The notes below the pieces were generated by a model. That model searched no databases and had not been told where the DNA came from. It saw nothing but the letters and a program-made list of their open reading frames with translations. A stretch of 63,072 nt of DNA, filler included, from Chiloscyllium plagiosum (Eukaryota): NCBI RefSeq assembly GCF_004010195.1. It is 3 parts of one record of this genome, joined end to end, with 100 filler letters (N's around TTAATTAATTAA, not from the genome) between each part and the next. Parts side by side here need not be neighbours in the genome. Positions count along the whole stretch, not along the records: positions 54,493 to 63,072 come from NC_057711.1; 2 more parts are not named here. The stretch is one strand, 5' to 3'. Numbering within the stretch: the stretch's first letter is position 1; every line of letters begins with the position of its first letter. Shown in pieces: positions 62,443 through 63,072 of this stretch. Position numbers and translations under genes: made by a program.

Positions 62443-62904
62443 GCTCACAACAGGTCTTGGCTTCAGTTTTAACCAAGGTCACAGTTTGAACTAGCTTGAC
62501 CAAAATTCCCAGAATGCTTGATTGTAGCTCTTAAACAGTCTCATAAGCATTTCTGCTACCGGGCTCCTGACCACAACCTTGAGTGGTGTGAAGCCTGGGG
62601 CATTGGCAAGGGCTGTCAGGAAGGAGATGTACATCTTCAGCGTCTCAAAGAAACTTAAGGGTGGAGGCTGGAAACCACTAGCTGAAGAACATTGGCAGTC
62701 ATTTTCTGTGGTGCTGGAAATTAAAATATGAGTGCTCTTCTGGATGCAAAATGTGTTTTTAAACATGACGTAGGTGCCAGGAATTCTGGCCTTGTATAAA
62801 GTTATTCCAGGAATGGTACATAGGACGATAGGGCTAGTATTCTCAAGGCAAAAAAAGACTTTAGTTTTGAGCCATCTTAAAAACTTGACCTTGGTGCACT
62901 TCGA

Positions 62905-63072
62905 GTCATAGGGTCATAGAGATGTACAGCATAGAAACAGACCCTTCAGTCCAAGGGGTCCATGCCGACCCAATCTAGTCCCACCTGCCAGCATCTGGCC
63001 CATATCCCTCCAAACTCTTCCTATTCATATACCCACCCAGATGCCTTTTAAATGTTGCAAACGTACTAGCCT
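62905..63072 (-). mobile_element. HER1/CR1 LINE tail, cut by window edge
   Basis: GTCATAGAGATGTACAGCATAGAAACAGACCCTTCAGTCC..GGCCCATATCCCTCCAAA. Confidence 0.9.

Overview
Repeat-dense, apparently intergenic or deep-intronic eukaryotic DNA from a cartilaginous fish, most likely a shark. This rests on HE1-type V-SINEs, HER1/CR1 LINE tails and DeuSINE-like relics, recognised from memory with no database search. I find no credible host protein-coding gene: the ORFs with recognisable motifs are transposon fragments (CR1 RT, Penelope RT and GIY-YIG, Gypsy gag/RT, Tx1 ORF2 C-terminus) and the rest look spurious. The most notable signal is about 15 Penelope-like element (PLE) insertions from at least four families. 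Many are tail-plus-inverted-arm foldbacks with clear target-site duplications (TSDs) and carry minimal hammerhead-ribozyme cores (CUGANGA-stem II-GAA plus a 4-nt palindrome). Also present: a decayed SCAN-bearing Gypsy element with its 3' LTR, a four-unit tRNA-derived array, three 120-210 bp tandem duplications, three assembly gaps (two with a TTAATTAATTAA linker), candidate Pbx/Hox-Meis enhancer clusters, and one collagen-like micro-exon with a broken donor. Boundaries of old repeats are approximate.
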